From: Alistipes sp.
Lineage (GTDB): Bacteria; Bacteroidota; Bacteroidia; Bacteroidales; Rikenellaceae
Reading direction: 5' to 3'
NCBI GenBank assembly: GCA_031285405.1
Contig: JAITWH010000043.1
Span: 5,595-69,594 of the forward strand
DNA: 64,000 nt
A program made the position numbers and the translations under genes. Under the pieces are notes generated by a model. It did not search any database. It was not told the origin of the DNA and saw only the letters and a program-made list of their open reading frames with translations. Position 1 is the first letter of the stretch; every line of letters begins with the position of its first letter. Below, one piece after another: positions 62,525 to 64,000 of this stretch.

Positions 62525-63772
62525 ATGAGGATGTTTGACGTTTACTCCGTGCACGATGTTTCGATCGTGACGGGGCGCGGGTCGTGGGTGTTCGACGCTC
62601 ACGGCACGAAGTATTTGGATATGTACGGCGGTCACGCGGTCATCTCGATCGGCCACGGCAATCCCGACTATGTGGAGGCCGTCACGGAGCAACTTTCGCA
62701 GCTCGGGTTCTACTCTAATTCGGTGGTAATCAGTCAACAAGCCGAACTTGCCGCGACGCTTGGCAGGGTGTCGGGATTGGATTCGGCTGGCGCTCGGAAC
62801 GGCGGTTGCATGGCGGAAGCCGGTTCCGGCAAAGCGCCGGCTGGCGGTAGCGAGGCGGGTTCTGAGGGCGGTATGGCGGCGGATGGCGGCCGCGAGTGGC
62901 AGCTTTTTTTGTGCAACTCTGGCGCCGAGGCCAACGAGAACGCGCTGAAACTCGCATCGTTCCACACCGGACGGCGGCGTGTGATCTCGGTCGGCGGCGC
63001 GTTCCACGGACGCACTTCGCTGGCCGTCGCCGCGACCGACAACCCCAACATCGTCGCGCCGATCAACGAGAGTAACAACGTGATTTTCACACCGTTCAAC
63101 GATGTGGCGGCGCTCGAACAGGCGTTTCTGCAGGCCCGCGGAGAGGTGGCGGCGGTGATCGTCGAGGCTATCCAGGGCGTGGCGGGGATCATGGTCGAGG
63201 GGGGCGAGTTTTTGCGCGCGGTGCGTCGTCTGTGCGACGAGCATGGGGCGGTGTACATTGCCGACGAAATTCAGTGCGGATGCGGCCGGACGGGGCGCTA
63301 TTTTGCGACCGATTGGGCTGACATTCAGGCAGATATATACACTATGGCGAAGGGCATCGGCAACGGTTTTCCGATGGGCGCGCTCGCCATCGCGCCGCAC
63401 ATCGCGCCGCGAAAAGGGATGTTGGGCACCACTTTCGGTGGCAACCAGTTGGCGTGCGTTGCGGCGACCGCGGTGGCGCGCGTCATCGAGCGCAACGGGC
63501 TGATGCAGAACGCCCTCACGATCGGCGAATATATGATGACTGAGTTGCGTAAAGTTCAGGGTATCAATGATGTACGCGGTCGTGGGTTGATAATCGGTTG
63601 CGAGCTTGAACCCGGGCACGAGGGGGTCGCGCGGCGTCTGCTGTTCGACGAAAAGGTGTTTGTGGGCACCGCGGTCGGCGGGCGCGTCATTCGACTTTTG
63701 CCCGCGCTGAACGTGACTCGCGACGAGGCCGAGATGGCTGTCGAGGCGATACGTCGGGTGCTAAACGCGTGA
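62525..63772 (+). CDS. argD: acetyl/succinyl-ornithine aminotransferase (class III PLP)
   Basis: YLDMYGGHAVISIGH, FLCNSGAEANENALK, ADEIQCGCGRTG, TFGGN. Start at ATG 62525 or 62531 (the track's 62519 is TTG). Confidence 0.9.
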   Translation: MRMFDVYSVHDVSIVTGRGSWVFDAHGTKYLDMYGGHAVISIGHGNPDYVEAVTEQLSQLGFYSNSVVISQQAELAATLGRVSGLDSAGARNGGCMAEAGSGKAPAGGSEAGSEGGMAADGGREWQLFLCNSGAEANENALKLASFHTGRRRVISVGGAFHGRTSLAVAATDNPNIVAPINESNNVIFTPFNDVAALEQAFLQARGEVAAVIVEAIQGVAGIMVEGGEFLRAVRRLCDEHGAVYIADEIQCGCGRTGRYFATDWADIQADIYTMAKGIGNGFPMGALAIAPHIAPRKGMLGTTFGGNQLACVAATAVARVIERNGLMQNALTIGEYMMTELRKVQGINDVRGRGLIIGCELEPGHEGVARRLLFDEKVFVGTAVGGRVIRLLPALNVTRDEAEMAVEAIRRVLNA

Positions 63773-63864
63773 GGATCAGTGTGATGGTGGCGTGGCTTGC
63801 GGCTGCGCTCTGTGCCTGCCGAAGGCTCGATTGGCCTATTATATATAGGTGTGTGGCCGCTTCT

Positions 63865-63990
63865 GTTGAAAAACGCGTTGAAAAGATGTTGAAAAAGTGT
63901 CGAGAAAGTGTTGAAAAAGATATCGGGAATGGCCGCGACAAGGGTTGTTGAAAAAAGTGTCGAAAATCGGTCAATAACTGTTGATAACTC
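63865..63990 (+). repeat. helically phased (11-12 bp) GTTGAAAAAG / GTCGAGAAAG repeats
   Basis: Copies start at 63865, 63877, 63888, 63899 and 63910, and again at 63947, 63959, 63969 and 63980. Confidence 0.7.
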
Positions 63991-64000
63991 CTGACGGCGA

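Noticed and set aside
63769-63951. 60-aa ORF after argD
   Set aside because: It overlaps the argD stop and mostly translates the phased GTTGAAAAAG repeats. It is more likely non-coding.

Overview
This 64 kb window looks like core chromosome from a high-GC Bacteroidota (Bacteroidales-like) genome. Supporting signs are TTTG/TAnnTTTG promoter boxes, a TonB-dependent receptor paired with DUF4249, a DUF3127 protein and the arginine-cluster layout. I call about 50 CDSs, almost all housekeeping: rpsA, gcvP, slyD, miaB, ychF, gltX, dapB, lepB, pyrBI, uvrA, dnaA, recA, a RelA/SpoT protein, pdxB, lepA, galK, truA, ileS and argG/C/D. By eye I see no rRNA, tRNA, CRISPR array, transposase, integrase or phage genes. 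I did not find a clear novel multi-gene system such as a defence or secretion locus. The unexplained structure is mostly non-coding or at gene edges. (1) A dense modular family of short GC-rich interspersed repeats fills many intergenic gaps. It enters coding sequence in a fixed reading frame: inside pyrB, and as the C-terminal tails of gltX and a CBM6-like lipoprotein. (2) Tandem heptamer arrays (TTGAAAR, AATTAAG, GATTCAT) sit exactly at CDS boundaries and place a stop codon in all three frames. (3) A ~0.9 kb AT-rich non-coding block (43283-44190), 8.4 kb downstream of dnaA, carries two perfect TTATNCACA DnaA boxes and many GTTAC-N4-GTAAC-like palindromes. The same palindrome recurs as a strict 32-bp-period array between pyrB and pyrI and as a degenerate array downstream of an XRE-type HTH gene. 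(4) An uncharacterised 428-aa gene is wedged between recA (2-nt gap) and the RelA/SpoT gene (31-nt overlap). (5) A ~2.3 kb low-GC islet holds two unknown genes and a DUF2971 gene broken by one in-frame TAG. (6) G-run-rich Gly/Ala/Ser low-complexity insertions and 9-18 bp tandem micro-duplications occur inside many conserved enzymes. All functional calls rest on motif recognition from the supplied translations, because no database search was possible.
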